A stretch of 64,000 bases of DNA from Candidatus Levyibacteriota bacterium (GCA_027459745.1 DAIDHL010000002.1:9113-73112); one strand, 5' to 3'. Shown: positions 1 through 10,926, numbered from the stretch's first letter. Numbers and translations: made by a program. Notes: generated by a model from the sequence alone, not told the origin.

Positions 1-499
1 GATACAGAAAGTAAAAAGAAATAAAGCTAAAAATAATTGTCTGAGGTAAATATCCGTCTGTTACACCCGAGATAACCTCTAGACATAAGACAAAAAACAT
101 ATTGTTCCACCCAATCTTTTTATGAAAACGTAGCTTATGAAATGACTTTAACAACAAAAAAGCAATTAATGGACATATAACAAAGTCCACTAAAGAACCA
201 GGTATCATATTTAATGAATAAACACCTATTACTGACAATAACATACCGCATAATGAAGATAAGAAGAAAATTATCTGATAGAGCTCATATAAAAGTCCAT
301 CTGCAGGGAGCAAGGTACTAAATATAGTCATTAAAAATGCAAAGATTCCTAGCACATACATAATCCCTATAAATAAAGTTACCCATGGCATAAGAAAGAC
401 CAAAAATTTTTTAACAACTAATGGTAATGAAGGCATTAAATCTCTAGGTGTATATACTTTAGGCAACCTTTTCTGCTTCACTTCTATATTAAAGCACAT
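1..499 (-). CDS. membrane protein, partial (runs off the window edge)
   Basis: Manual translation MCFNIEVKQKRLPKVYTPRDLMPSLPLVVKKFLVFLMPW... stays open to position 1 and has several hydrophobic segments. Not in the ORF track. Confidence 0.65.
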   Translation of the reverse strand, partial: MCFNIEVKQKRLPKVYTPRDLMPSLPLVVKKFLVFLMPWVTLFIGIMYVLGIFAFLMTIFSTLLPADGLLYELYQIIFFLSSLCGMLLSVIGVYSLNMIPGSLVDFVICPLIAFLLLKSFHKLRFHKKIGWNNMFFVLCLEVISGVTDGYLPQTIIFSFISFYFLY

Positions 500-504
500 C
501 TTTA

Positions 505-2001
505 CTAAAAGTTAATGCTTAATTGATCTGAATCCTTATCTTCATCATCAATATCAAGCCACACTTTGACCCTACCATATTCTCCGTCATAACCTGGTTG
601 AATACTAATTTCCCCTTGACGGACCTTCCCGACTGCTTTGGCCAAGTGATCTCCCCCGACTCTACTAATGTCTGACAAACTAGCATGCAATAAAACATGC
701 AATTCTGAGTGTAATTCTGAACAAAGCTTGTTATATAAATTTTGTGATTTTTGGCTATTTACTGTCGAATGCAAACTTTCCGCTGCGATTTCCAACAGAG
801 GGACTAATTTTACAAACGGTGGATGCTTCTGGCTAGGATCTGTTAACCAAACCAAACCAGCAGCATCGATTTTCTTCTCACCAACGGCCAAGTCGGTCGT
901 GCCAGCGATTTGCTGCACTCGAAACTGCACTCCTTCTGTCAATTTTCGATGACAAACCGGACAAATATTCCCTTTATCTTTAATCTCTTCCGGTCCATAA
1001 GAGACTTTACAATTTCTATGACCTGAAAAATGATATTTCCCCTCTTCTGGATAAAATTCCACCGTGTAAAGGATACGGGAGGTGTTTGAGGTACCGGATG
1101 CACCGGATGTATTTAATCCTTCCGTACCTTCGGGGCTTTTGACTCCTTTGGTACCTGTTCTCATTATTGCTTGTCTAATATTTTTATAGGTTAATTCCGC
1201 TACCTCAAACACCGTCAACTCTCTTCCCATCTTCGGTGCAGAATGTGCATCAGAAAAAGATAATATTGAACGATTTTGCAATTCAGGGATCACCCAGTTC
1301 ATTTCCGGATCACTGGAAATACCCGTTTCGATGCCATAGACATATTTTGCTAAATCGCCAAAGGCTTCTTCCAGACTGTCAAAGCCACTGGCCGAACCAT
1401 AAACGCCAAAATGCGGGGTCCAAATATGACAAGGAGTCAGAATACAACGTTCATCAATATTTAAAATCATGTCCAATAAATCATGACACGACATTCCGAT
1501 AATTGGACGGCCGTCGCTGGCAATATTGGCTCCCCTTTTAACCAACGCCTGGTTAACTTTTTCTGCTATTTCCAGGTTCGGTACAAAAACTAAATTATGA
1601 ATCCTTCTAACTTTCTCTCCTTGTTTATAAATCAAACTAATTTCTGTAGATAATAAAAAACCCACGTTCCTTCCCACGTCATTGCGAGCCTCGCCTTGGC
1701 GAGGCGTGGCAATCTCTCTCAAGATTGCTTCGTTGCTCGTTACACTCGCTCCTCGCAATGACAACTTTTCCCCAGTTTGTTTTTCGCTCTCTACCCTTTG
1801 CTTTAACTGATATATTCCTTCATTTACTTCTTCCAGTTCATTGTGTATTTCCTTAAACCACACCGGATGCGTCCAATCACCCGTGGTTAACAAATTAATG
1901 CCTTTTTGTCTGGCATAGGTAGCCATCGTTTGCAGATTCATATTGGGAGACACTGCTCGCGAAAACTTGGAGTGCAGATGCAGATCAGCAATTATTTCCA
2001 T
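505..2001 (-). CDS. PHP-domain endonuclease Q-like protein (UvrD/REP N-terminal family)
   Basis: DLHLHSKFS, TGDWTHP, FSDAHS, GKYH..GHR.C, CPVC zinc motif and PGYDGEYG. Carries two repeat-derived in-frame inserts. Confidence 0.85.
   Translation of the reverse strand: MEIIADLHLHSKFSRAVSPNMNLQTMATYARQKGINLLTTGDWTHPVWFKEIHNELEEVNEGIYQLKQRVESEKQTGEKLSLRGASVTSNEAILREIATPRQGEARNDVGRNVGFLLSTEISLIYKQGEKVRRIHNLVFVPNLEIAEKVNQALVKRGANIASDGRPIIGMSCHDLLDMILNIDERCILTPCHIWTPHFGVYGSASGFDSLEEAFGDLAKYVYGIETGISSDPEMNWVIPELQNRSILSFSDAHSAPKMGRELTVFEVAELTYKNIRQAIMRTGTKGVKSPEGTEGLNTSGASGTSNTSRILYTVEFYPEEGKYHFSGHRNCKVSYGPEEIKDKGNICPVCHRKLTEGVQFRVQQIAGTTDLAVGEKKIDAAGLVWLTDPSQKHPPFVKLVPLLEIAAESLHSTVNSQKSQNLYNKLCSELHSELHVLLHASLSDISRVGGDHLAKAVGKVRQGEISIQPGYDGEYGRVKVWLDIDDEDKDSDQLSINF
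1678..1762. repeat. palindromic element family A (GTCATTGCGAG...CTCGCAATGAC), in-frame in the EndoQ-like gene
   Basis: Perfect 11-bp terminal inverted repeat with internal GCAATCT/AGATTGC arms. Related copies at 11612 and 23434. Confidence 0.85.
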
Positions 2002-2057
2002 TCAACTATTTTAACACTTCAATTTAAGAAAATTTTGCATTACAATATTATCTCCCC

Positions 2058-2522
2058 ATGCATTCATTGGATAGCGAAAGAGGTCCCGTTTTTGGACCCC
2101 AAAAAGATAGAATAATTACTAAAGTTTTACCTTGGACTAAAGGAGTTATAACCAGTCCGTTTAGAGCTATTCAACGCAACCTCAGAGAACAAAGGATGAT
2201 TGAGACACTTGCACAAATAGGCGAAGCAAGTATGCAGACAGATAATCTGCCGTTACATCCTCTTCCCATTGAAACTTATCCCATACGTAACCCGGAAAGA
2301 AGATATCTTTTTAATCTTGCACGTCAATATATCAAGGGTTCTCAACACCCCATTCACGAAACAGTTTATAGAGCCATCCGGGCAAAGGGAATCTTAGATG
2401 CCCAAGACTTACCTGCAGGAATAGATAATCAAGGGGTAACTAAACTTTTAGGAGACGTGGTCAAAGATTCTGGGGAAACTTTGGTCTTTCAATCTTTAGT
2501 AAGATATAAAAAAACAGAATAA
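2058..2522 (+). CDS. hypothetical protein
   Basis: 154-aa ORF filling the gap; TACAAT -10-like box just upstream. Confidence 0.6.
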   Translation: MHSLDSERGPVFGPQKDRIITKVLPWTKGVITSPFRAIQRNLREQRMIETLAQIGEASMQTDNLPLHPLPIETYPIRNPERRYLFNLARQYIKGSQHPIHETVYRAIRAKGILDAQDLPAGIDNQGVTKLLGDVVKDSGETLVFQSLVRYKKTE

Positions 2523-2599
2523 TGCTATAACTACTAAGGCTAAATACTTGAGTGCTTATTGCAAATCTACCTGATCCATACTATAATCCATCCTATAAT

Positions 2600-3160
2600 A
2601 TGTTCTTTTGGTATATCTTAATCATCATTATAGCCTTGTTCCTTCTAATCTACCTCTGGAGCACGTATAATGCCTTCATTCGCAGCCGTAACCAGGTCAA
2701 AACTGACTTTGCCAACGTCGATGTCCAGCTCAAGCGCCGAGCCTCACTCATAGATAATCTAGTAGAAGTCGTCAGAGAGTATTCTAAGCACGAAAAAGAC
2801 ACTTTCCAGAACGTCGCACTCGCACGTTCAGCCCTCAATCAGCCACATGGTCCCAAAGAAGCTGCTCATGTTGAAAATATGCTGGCAGATACCATGAAAA
2901 CGTTGTTTGCCGTCTCTGAAAGCTATCCCAAACTACGCGCCTCTGAAAACTATCAAAGATTACAGGGGGATTTAAAAGAAACCGAGGATAATATTGCCAA
3001 ATATCGTGAAACTTATAATCAAAGTGTTATGGCTTACAACACACTTATCCAGATCTTCCCTAACCTGCTGGTTTCAGGCTTATTTGGCTTCCCAGAAGAA
3101 GAACTTTTTCAAGCTATGGGTACTGACCGCGATAGTATAGTAATCAAACCAGGCAAATAA
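2600..3160 (+). CDS. lemA: LemA family protein
   Basis: N-terminal TM, YN..., VDVQLKRR..LI.NLV, ESYPKLRASENY, YN..I..FP motifs. Start moved to MFFWY. Confidence 0.92.
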   Translation: MFFWYILIIIIALFLLIYLWSTYNAFIRSRNQVKTDFANVDVQLKRRASLIDNLVEVVREYSKHEKDTFQNVALARSALNQPHGPKEAAHVENMLADTMKTLFAVSESYPKLRASENYQRLQGDLKETEDNIAKYRETYNQSVMAYNTLIQIFPNLLVSGLFGFPEEELFQAMGTDRDSIVIKPGK

Positions 3161-3162
3161 CT

Positions 3163-3747
3163 ATGGATACACAACCAACCACACCTAGTTATCAAGTAGG
3201 CATGGGCGATGCTCTTCTTTTCCGTTCTCGGGTCATTTTTATTGTCTTTTTTCTCTTAATGCTGGGCATAATTGTGGGAGCAATATATGCCGCCAATGCG
3301 ACTGGCGATATTCAGCGTGCTCAAAAATCACTTGCTCAAGGCTGGACCGAATTTAGCAAAGCATTGAGTGACAATTCTACTAATCCCCAAGCGAATATTC
3401 CGTCCTTCACCCCTCTTAACTCCTCCACTTCGTCAGCGGAAACGACTACCACAACTACCAATTATAACTATGGTTCTTCCTCTAATGATAATATCGCCTA
3501 TCCCACCGCCGAACCAACTATCGACTATAACGCCAAATTACGTCAAGCTGGACAAGCCGCACAAGCTGAATACAACCAACAAGTACAACAAGATAATGCT
3601 GCTTTTCAACAAGGAGCACAACAAAATCAGCAACAATATAATGCTGCTAATACTCAGGCACAACAGCAAATGGATCAATTTAAGCAACAATCAGATCAAA
3701 AAACTTTGGAGTTCCAGCAGCAATACGGTATCACACCAATGCCTTAA
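3163..3747 (+). CDS. single-TM protein with Ser/Thr linker and Gln-rich tail
   Basis: TM at about aa 24-45, T-rich linker, then YPTAEPTIDYNAKL followed by a Q-rich region. Confidence 0.7.
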   Translation: MDTQPTTPSYQVGMGDALLFRSRVIFIVFFLLMLGIIVGAIYAANATGDIQRAQKSLAQGWTEFSKALSDNSTNPQANIPSFTPLNSSTSSAETTTTTTNYNYGSSSNDNIAYPTAEPTIDYNAKLRQAGQAAQAEYNQQVQQDNAAFQQGAQQNQQQYNAANTQAQQQMDQFKQQSDQKTLEFQQQYGITPMP

Positions 3748-3753
3748 TTAAGA

Positions 3754-5538
3754 TTATTTCTTCTCTTGTTCATTGTACATTTCGATTAATTCTTTGACAC
3801 TAGTCGCATCTTCTGGCTTTTTATCTCTATCACGGAAAGACACTAAGCGTGGGAATCTCAAGGCATAGCCAGTTGGCCGCTCTTCTACTTTGTCTTCTTT
3901 TGCGGCTGTTTTTTCATTTTGGGACATGCCGGCTGTATGCAATGGACTACGCGTAATTTCATCCGCCAAAACTTCAATTACAATTTCAGGTCTGACCCAC
4001 ACACTGGGAATAATCAAAGAATTAACCCGCGCCGGCTTATGTTCTACTTTAATTTTATCGGCCCGTTTATGAATCTCTTGCCACTCAATATCCGTCAAGC
4101 CTGTACCAATCTTACTGACGGACACGAACTCATCATTCTTTTCATCATACACTCCCACCAATAAAGCACCCGCGCCAAAGGCCGTACGTTTGCCTTTGCC
4201 GATAATATACCCGAGAATCACACAATCTATGGTGTCATGCAATTCACCGGCTGCATGACGCTTTAATTTGACCCAGTTAAAGTTACGTCCGCCAGCTTGA
4301 TATGCTGAATCAGTTCGTTTGACTACCACCCCTTCCAAACCTTTGGAGATACTATCTTCCAACATGGTCTGCACTTCAGAGGCTTTATGCAAAACCTTGC
4401 CAGGAGCTGGAATAAGTACTTCATCTCCATGTATCGCCTTTTTTATATATTCCAAGCGCTCCAATAAAGGCGTGTCCAATAGTGATTTACCATCGTAATA
4501 CAAAATATCGAATACAAATGCACGCAAGGGCAAACTTTTGGACACTTCCTCGATATTATGTTTGCGACGACGTTTGGTAGTTTCCTGAAAAGGCAAAAAC
4601 TCTTCTGATTCAGGTTGATAGGCCAAGGCTTCTGAATCCAAAATTACTGATTTGACTTTGACTTGTTTTCTCACGCCTTCAATCAAATCAGGAAACATGT
4701 GAGTCATATCCTCCAAGTTACGCGAAAACATTTCCACTTTGTCGCCATTTTTGTGAATCTGCACGCGAAAACCATCGTATTTGGGCGTCACATGTACACC
4801 CGGATTTTTCTCGTCAACCATTTTCTCAATTACTTTGACAGGATTGGGCAAACGTTCACATAATTCAGAACGAATGGGACGGCCAACGTGCACTTGCAGT
4901 TTTTTAACCGCTTCCAAACCGCCTTCCCATAGAGTTTGCGCAATCAAACCCAAATCTGAAGTTTCGTTGTAGGCTTTCTCCAGTTGTTTTCTATTAGATT
5001 TATCTCCCAGTTTGGCCGTAGCCAACCCATCCAAAATAGTTGGATCACCTATACCAAGACGATTATTACCAAGAGGAATTCGCACTAAATGTTTGGCAGC
5101 TGTACTATCACATTGTTTTAATAATTCAGCTAAGAGTTTTTGCTTTTTATCTACTGATCCCTCTCCGCCCGTATGAGCAATCTCGGTTAAAGTATCAAAC
5201 ACTTCTTTGATCGACAACTTTGAACTCTTCACTTTAAACTTTTCACTTAGTTGCTTGGCAGCTAATCCCATATCGCCCAATTTGTTATACAGTTGCAAAA
5301 CTTTTTCTTTTTCTTCGCCACAGGCAAAGCCCAGGGCGGCCGCCACATTTTTATCAGCCATGCCAATCTCAATTGGTGCATAAAAAGGAGCTACCCTACC
5401 CTGGGAGAGATAAACTATTTTCTCGATTTCGTCTTTGTGTGCTTGTTTAAATAAATCAGATAAAATTTCGATCAAAGATAAACGAGAGGACGTTTCCTCC
5501 ATTTTCTCGAAATATGTAGTTAATTCTGCAAATGTCAT
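3754..5538 (-). CDS. lig: ATP-dependent DNA ligase (full-length, archaeal/eukaryal-type architecture)
   Basis: KYDG adenylation motif, EGVVVK, WVKLK, ALRFPR and an N-terminal DNA-binding domain. Confidence 0.93.
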   Translation of the reverse strand: MTFAELTTYFEKMEETSSRLSLIEILSDLFKQAHKDEIEKIVYLSQGRVAPFYAPIEIGMADKNVAAALGFACGEEKEKVLQLYNKLGDMGLAAKQLSEKFKVKSSKLSIKEVFDTLTEIAHTGGEGSVDKKQKLLAELLKQCDSTAAKHLVRIPLGNNRLGIGDPTILDGLATAKLGDKSNRKQLEKAYNETSDLGLIAQTLWEGGLEAVKKLQVHVGRPIRSELCERLPNPVKVIEKMVDEKNPGVHVTPKYDGFRVQIHKNGDKVEMFSRNLEDMTHMFPDLIEGVRKQVKVKSVILDSEALAYQPESEEFLPFQETTKRRRKHNIEEVSKSLPLRAFVFDILYYDGKSLLDTPLLERLEYIKKAIHGDEVLIPAPGKVLHKASEVQTMLEDSISKGLEGVVVKRTDSAYQAGGRNFNWVKLKRHAAGELHDTIDCVILGYIIGKGKRTAFGAGALLVGVYDEKNDEFVSVSKIGTGLTDIEWQEIHKRADKIKVEHKPARVNSLIIPSVWVRPEIVIEVLADEITRSPLHTAGMSQNEKTAAKEDKVEERPTGYALRFPRLVSFRDRDKKPEDATSVKELIEMYNEQEKK

Positions 5539-5553
5539 AAAAATTATTATCCT

Positions 5554-6150
5554 TTAACTCCCTAATTTTATCCGCAAACGCTGACCTGCCATCTGTGCAC
5601 TCGATAGAGGTTTGATAACCTCTATTTTAATTCCCGTAGCTTTTTCAATTTTACCATATATATTCACTACTTCTTCTCTAGCCTCGGTAATATAGCTTTG
5701 TATACCCAGATTTCTAAGTACCTGTATCTCCTGGGTTAATAACTCGGTGCCAATCCCTTTTCTTCGCCAATCATGGCCGACACCTATTTTATCCTCTATT
5801 AGAGTAGAACCCACTTCATCTTTACGTGCAAAGGAAAAGAATGAATAACCTACAATCTGTCCTTTATCATTTTTAGCTAAAAGTAATCTAAAAGGGTTGT
5901 TAAGTTTCTTTTGTAAACTAAGATCTTTATGCGCCATAGCGTGTACACCCACATCTGACAAGCGCATACTAGCCTCATTAGACTCAGGTGGTTGTGATAA
6001 TGCAAACTTTTGAGCTGCTATCATTTCATTCGATATAAAATTGCGAAAATCTTGGACATCTTGTTCTGTAAGAGTGGTCTCATTTTTTTCAAGAAATTTT
6101 ATTTCCGGCGTAATATTTTCAGAGGTATTGGCTGGCAAAGATTCGCTCAT
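5554..6150 (-). CDS. GNAT family acetyltransferase
   Basis: V..DWRRKGIGTELL acetyl-CoA-binding motif A. Confidence 0.75.
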   Translation of the reverse strand: MSESLPANTSENITPEIKFLEKNETTLTEQDVQDFRNFISNEMIAAQKFALSQPPESNEASMRLSDVGVHAMAHKDLSLQKKLNNPFRLLLAKNDKGQIVGYSFFSFARKDEVGSTLIEDKIGVGHDWRRKGIGTELLTQEIQVLRNLGIQSYITEAREEVVNIYGKIEKATGIKIEVIKPLSSAQMAGQRLRIKLGS

Positions 6151-6179
6151 AAAATTTTAGCTTACTTAACTTTTTAAGA

Positions 6180-7232
6180 TTAAGCCATTATATACTTTGC
6201 GGCCTTGGTTTTTCCAGTCTTTTTAACTAGTCCTGCATTTAATAACACCTTTAATTCATTTAAAACAGTGTCTTCCGAGACCATGGGAAACAAAGAACTG
6301 AAAGCGGCATTTTGCAAATACCCTGTTTCCTGAATGTACTCAATTATCTTAATTTGGCGCTCTGATAAAAGTAAAGGACGCCCACCTAATTTGGCTTTTA
6401 ATTTACTGTCCACAGAGATTTTTTCGACTTTGTCCTTAATCTTGGATAATTCACTCGCTAACCCTCGACAGAAGTATTCTAACCATTCAGTGAGATCACC
6501 GTCACGTTTTCCCACACTTTGCAAGGCCGCATAATACGCAGCTGAATCGCGATCAAAATATTCTTCCAAAGAAAAGAAACGACGGATGTCATAACCTTCT
6601 TGAAACAGAATCAATGTAGATAAAGCCCGAGCTACGCGGCCATTGCCATCAACAAAAGGATGCACCCGCACAAACTCATAATGCACAATCCCTGACTTCA
6701 AAACGGGATGTAAATCATCGGCTGAAGTAGTCTGAATAAACTCAATTAAATCTTTCATGCCTGGTTCCACCACCTCAGCCGCTGGCGGACGGAAAGACAC
6801 TTCTTTGGTCAGTGAATTACGAATGACGACTTGAGTTGTACGAAACTCCCCACTCTTTTCTTCACCTAAAATTTTATCTACCGTCATTTTATGCAGCAGC
6901 TTAATAAAATTCGCACTAATTTTGAAGCCTGAACTCTGATTAGTAGCTTCCCCGATATAATCCATCACTTTGCGGTAATTAATTACTTCCTGAATATCGC
7001 GTTCACGCGCAATAATATCCTCGCCTTCCAAGATCTTTTCTGCCTGGGTTTTATTCAGTTCATTTCCTTCAATATGTGTCCCATGATAAACCGCTCGCAC
7101 CAAAGCTTCCTGTTGAAATTTCTTTTCATAGTAGGGCAACAATGGAGCATTATCGATGATCTCTTTGCTACCTTCCACCGCCCCGATATATTTGAGAATT
7201 GAATTGGTAATAGAATATTTAGGTTGATACAT
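6180..7232 (-). CDS. Fic family protein with C-terminal wHTH
   Basis: HPFVDGNGRVAR Fic motif and the THIEGN segment. Confidence 0.92.
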   Translation of the reverse strand: MYQPKYSITNSILKYIGAVEGSKEIIDNAPLLPYYEKKFQQEALVRAVYHGTHIEGNELNKTQAEKILEGEDIIARERDIQEVINYRKVMDYIGEATNQSSGFKISANFIKLLHKMTVDKILGEEKSGEFRTTQVVIRNSLTKEVSFRPPAAEVVEPGMKDLIEFIQTTSADDLHPVLKSGIVHYEFVRVHPFVDGNGRVARALSTLILFQEGYDIRRFFSLEEYFDRDSAAYYAALQSVGKRDGDLTEWLEYFCRGLASELSKIKDKVEKISVDSKLKAKLGGRPLLLSERQIKIIEYIQETGYLQNAAFSSLFPMVSEDTVLNELKVLLNAGLVKKTGKTKAAKYIMA

Positions 7233-7355
7233 ATCGAATCAAAAGGAGCGAGATACAAGATTTTAATAATTTTATCTTGCCACAATTCCCGAACAAAAAC
7301 AACCAGTTTGATGGCTATACTTTATACTTAATCGTGACTTTGCTATACTCCAGAT

Positions 7356-7652
7356 ATGGCTACTAAACATATAGATACTCCGGCAGAACAAAAAGCCAAA
7401 CTACATATTGAATTACTGCGACAAATGGTCACCTTGGCTACCAGTGGATTTGGCTTAGTAGCAGCACTGGCCTGGAATAGTTTAATTCAAACATTCGTAA
7501 CTACCTATATCAAGAAATGGCTGCCACAAGGGGGAGATCTAATATCACTATTAATCTATGCTCTAGTGGTCACCCTAATTGCAGTTATCGTGACTTATAA
7601 TCTTAGTGCTACGCTTAAAAGACTAGAAGCTTTACAAAATAAAGAATCATGA
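7356..7652 (+). CDS. small 2-TM protein (DUF5654-like)
   Basis: TLATSGFGLVAALAWN...LIYALVVT pattern. Confidence 0.7.
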   Translation: MATKHIDTPAEQKAKLHIELLRQMVTLATSGFGLVAALAWNSLIQTFVTTYIKKWLPQGGDLISLLIYALVVTLIAVIVTYNLSATLKRLEALQNKES

Positions 7653-8044
7653 GTTTTGTGGAAAGAACTGGAAGCTGTAAATATAAAGACCTTAGAAAAT
7701 CAACAATTAAACTCGTAGGAACATCCTTACTAGCTACCTTGGGCATATTTCTTACAAAGACAGCAATTGAACCTAATTCTACCACCCAAGTAATCTGTGC
7801 TTCTGATATTAATCCTTATTCGTGTGAAATGGTTGTTAGACCTATGAATGAATATTTAACGGCAATCGAACATCCTATATTTACTGCTTCCTCCCTGGTC
7901 TTGGCTGGAGTAGGAACTATTGCGGCAAATATTCAACTAGGTAGAACTATTAATTTGCTGGCAGAAAAAAAACCTCTTAAAACAGGAGTAACTATCAAAA
8001 ATTTATATCCCCAAATTACCCCTGAGAAATCAAAGATTGCTTAA
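7649..8044 (+). CDS. hypothetical membrane protein
   Basis: ATGA overlap with the upstream gene; two hydrophobic segments. Confidence 0.55.
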   Translation: MSFVERTGSCKYKDLRKSTIKLVGTSLLATLGIFLTKTAIEPNSTTQVICASDINPYSCEMVVRPMNEYLTAIEHPIFTASSLVLAGVGTIAANIQLGRTINLLAEKKPLKTGVTIKNLYPQITPEKSKIA

Positions 8045-8911
8045 CTTTTTCATAACCCCTGGTATCTCTCTAACTAAATCACTTGAATTGAAGTAGTAAC
8101 CTACCTTTTCAAATAAGCTTTCTGCAGCTTTTTTATTGATGTACGAACCCACAGCTGCACTCAAAAATAACTCGTTCTTAGTCGACAACGCAGCAATTAA
8201 CCCTGCTAAAACATCCCCGGTTCCACCCTTAGTCATGCCTGCATTACCACCTCCTATGCGCATACATTTTTCTCCTGAACAGACAAAATCCTCTTTGCCT
8301 TTCAAAACAATAATACAGTTATATTTTTGTGCCATCTTCTCTGCGTTTTCTGAATTAGCAGTTATCTCAAACACTCTCTCAAACTCCTGGTGATGTGGAG
8401 TTAAAATAACTTGGCCATTTAATTGAAACAAATCATTTAGATCCAACATCTGCAAAGCACCTGCATCAACTACCCATCTTTTCTTTGCCCACTTATGCAT
8501 TAAATATTTGGTAATAAAGTATGTTTTCTCACCTTCTGAATCGACCTTCTCTTTAATGGCTTGAATAGAATCTAAGTGTTCCAGTCCGCTAACTTTATAA
8601 TCCTCTCTCTCCATTCCAGGACCTATCAAAATAGTATCAGCTTCATAAGCATAATAATCAATATCTTCTTCCTGTACCACTATTCCGTTTTTGAATTGCT
8701 CCTTGGCTGCTTGGATAATTTGCAAATTTTCTGACACTGAAGCAAAAAATACCATATCAACAATTTTAGAAGCAATTTCTAAAGCCCAAATTGGTGATGC
8801 ATGAAATAATGGAGATCCTCCAACTAGTAATAGTTTTCCGTTTTGGCCTTTATGTGAACCTGCTGGAGGAATATAGAGATCTTTTAATAAGTCTGGATTG
8901 AATGTTTGCAT
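8030..8911 (-). CDS. nnrD: NAD(P)H-hydrate dehydratase (standalone YjeF C-terminal domain)
   Basis: SHKGQNG, IGPG, VDAGAL, LTPH..EF, LKG, GGTGDVLAG. Start moved to MQTFN. Confidence 0.9.
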   Translation of the reverse strand: MQTFNPDLLKDLYIPPAGSHKGQNGKLLLVGGSPLFHASPIWALEIASKIVDMVFFASVSENLQIIQAAKEQFKNGIVVQEEDIDYYAYEADTILIGPGMEREDYKVSGLEHLDSIQAIKEKVDSEGEKTYFITKYLMHKWAKKRWVVDAGALQMLDLNDLFQLNGQVILTPHHQEFERVFEITANSENAEKMAQKYNCIIVLKGKEDFVCSGEKCMRIGGGNAGMTKGGTGDVLAGLIAALSTKNELFLSAAVGSYINKKAAESLFEKVGYYFNSSDLVREIPGVMKKLSNL

Positions 8912-8928
8912 AATATTTAAATGTTCTA

Positions 8929-9020
8929 CCTCTACTCTTAGGAGAGGGTTGGGGTGAGGTTTGAAAAACAACCAAACACCTAATTTAACCTCATCCTATC
9001 CTTCTCCTTTTAGGAGAAGG
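8929..9020. repeat. palindromic element (GGAGAGGGTT.GGGTGAGG family), inverted pair
   Basis: GGAGAGGGTTGGGGTGAGG followed by an inverted CCTCATCCTATCCTTCTCC. Single copy of the same family at 14466. Confidence 0.75.
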
Positions 9021-9024
9021 CATA

Positions 9025-10113
9025 TTAGGTCATTTGTTTATTATCTCCCAATTCTATCACCTTAGCCTGTTTTAAAATATCTTTATTTACAAATTCTTCA
9101 TGTGTGGTGGTAATAATGGTTTGTTGTCCACTCACCATCTCTGAAACTAAATTAATATGTCCTTCATCTAATTCAGAAAAAATATCATCTAATAATAATA
9201 AAGGCGCTGTATCTAAGTGCTCTTTTAAATACTTAAGTTGTAATAATTTGAGTTGCAAAACCACTAAGCGCTGTTGTCCTCTACTGCCAAATGCTTTCGC
9301 CATTCTCAAGTCATTACCCGTAGTGCTTAATTCAATCGCTAGATCATCTCTCTGAGGTCCCACCAATGTCACTCCCGCACTAATCTCAGCTTCCTTATAT
9401 TTATCTAGCCGTTCTTGCGAAATAATGCTGTGATCATACAGGAGATGACAATCAATAATGACTTTTGTTTGCTGGTTAACATAATCGATAAATTGCTGTC
9501 TTATTTTATGTAAATACTGGCCGTGTTTAATTAGAATCTCATCCCAGTAACTAAATTCCCGCTCACTGCGCACTCCCGTATCACGGACTTTGTCGATCAG
9601 AGCATTGCGTTGTCTCAGTGCTTTGCCGTACTGAGTCAGGCTAAGCTTATAATCCATGTCTGTTTGTTCCAATACCTGATCAAGGAAACTGCGGCGGTAA
9701 CTAGGGCCATCACTGATAATTTCTAAATCGATGGGCGTAAAAAGCAAAATGGGCAAAAAACTACTAAATTCCACTCTGCGCTTAGCGGTATCATTCACCA
9801 AAAAACGCTTGCCTGCTCGATGTTGGGCAGATTCGGCTGTAATTAAGACCTCTAAAATATTTTTCTCTTCCTTACCCTCAGACAGATCTTTAACTAAACC
9901 TTTCACCCGAGCAAAATCTTCACCAAAACGTATTAATTCTTCTTCTTTGTCTGTAAGAAAACTTTTGCCAGTTGCCAACAGATGAATTCCATCTAAAAGA
10001 TTGGTTTTACCGGCTGTATTGCGCCCTACAATCACCGTGGTCTGATCATTAAATGAAAAATTATCTAAGTGGTAATTGCGAAATTGTTGTAGTGCAATGG
10101 AAGCTAAAATCAT
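9025..10113 (-). CDS. recF: DNA replication/repair protein RecF
   Basis: FRNY, G.NTAGKTN Walker A, GPQRDDL, SRGQQR, LLLDDIFSELD. Confidence 0.93.
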   Translation of the reverse strand: MILASIALQQFRNYHLDNFSFNDQTTVIVGRNTAGKTNLLDGIHLLATGKSFLTDKEEELIRFGEDFARVKGLVKDLSEGKEEKNILEVLITAESAQHRAGKRFLVNDTAKRRVEFSSFLPILLFTPIDLEIISDGPSYRRSFLDQVLEQTDMDYKLSLTQYGKALRQRNALIDKVRDTGVRSEREFSYWDEILIKHGQYLHKIRQQFIDYVNQQTKVIIDCHLLYDHSIISQERLDKYKEAEISAGVTLVGPQRDDLAIELSTTGNDLRMAKAFGSRGQQRLVVLQLKLLQLKYLKEHLDTAPLLLLDDIFSELDEGHINLVSEMVSGQQTIITTTHEEFVNKDILKQAKVIELGDNKQMT

Positions 10114-10221
10114 GGAGATTAATGGGCGAGATATAAGAATTTTCCTTATTACGTACTTTCTCTGGAGAATATATTTCCAGATCAATGTTAAGAAAAAAAC
10201 TTCGTATCGAGCGATTACTGA

Positions 10222-10926
10222 TTATTCTATCACTGTTCCGACAAAATCTTTATTCTCAAAAAAATTATTCAGATTATCAAAATCCTTGCCCATAACTACC
10301 ACCTTAATACCAAATTCTTGAGCTCTTTTAGCGGCAATTGGATCAAACGGAGCATTCATACCTGGACTCCATTTATCCCCAATTAATTCTCGAAAATCAG
10401 CCCAGGAAATGCTATTAATTGGCTTGGCATCTGGAACCTTTTTGGGATCTTTATCATAGACCTGGCTAATATTACTCATATTGATAACCGTCTTGATATG
10501 ATAATCTTCACATAATAAAGTAGCACAGTAATCGGTTGACCAGCCTGGTTTCCATCCAGCAGCAACGACCACTTGTTCAGGAACTTTGCGTATGATTTCA
10601 TAATGTTTGATAAGGTTGGGATGAGCAATATCGCGGAAAATTGTGCGGACGAGCTGGGCATTTAAACGAGTGGCATGAATCCCTAGCCAATCCATATCAT
10701 CTTCAGTCAGGTCATGACCCACTACTTCTCTACCTGCATCACGATAATGTCTGGCCGTGGTTCCTCCTCCTATAACCAAAAAAAACTGGCGGTCTTGATG
10801 ATTCGCCAGTTGATTACGCACAAAAGTATTTAAACGTTTTAAAAATTCAGTATCAATGCCACCATTGGGAACTACTAAAGAGCCACCCACCGATATAATC
10901 ACCTTATCAGAATAATTACTACCCAT
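10222..10926 (-). CDS. pyrH: UMP kinase (archaeal-type)
   Basis: ISVGGS, GGG.TAR.Y, GI.ATRLNA, PGWSTD, VYDKDP, PFDPIA. Confidence 0.92.
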   Translation of the reverse strand: MGSNYSDKVIISVGGSLVVPNGGIDTEFLKRLNTFVRNQLANHQDRQFFLVIGGGTTARHYRDAGREVVGHDLTEDDMDWLGIHATRLNAQLVRTIFRDIAHPNLIKHYEIIRKVPEQVVVAAGWKPGWSTDYCATLLCEDYHIKTVINMSNISQVYDKDPKKVPDAKPINSISWADFRELIGDKWSPGMNAPFDPIAAKRAQEFGIKVVVMGKDFDNLNNFFENKDFVGTVIE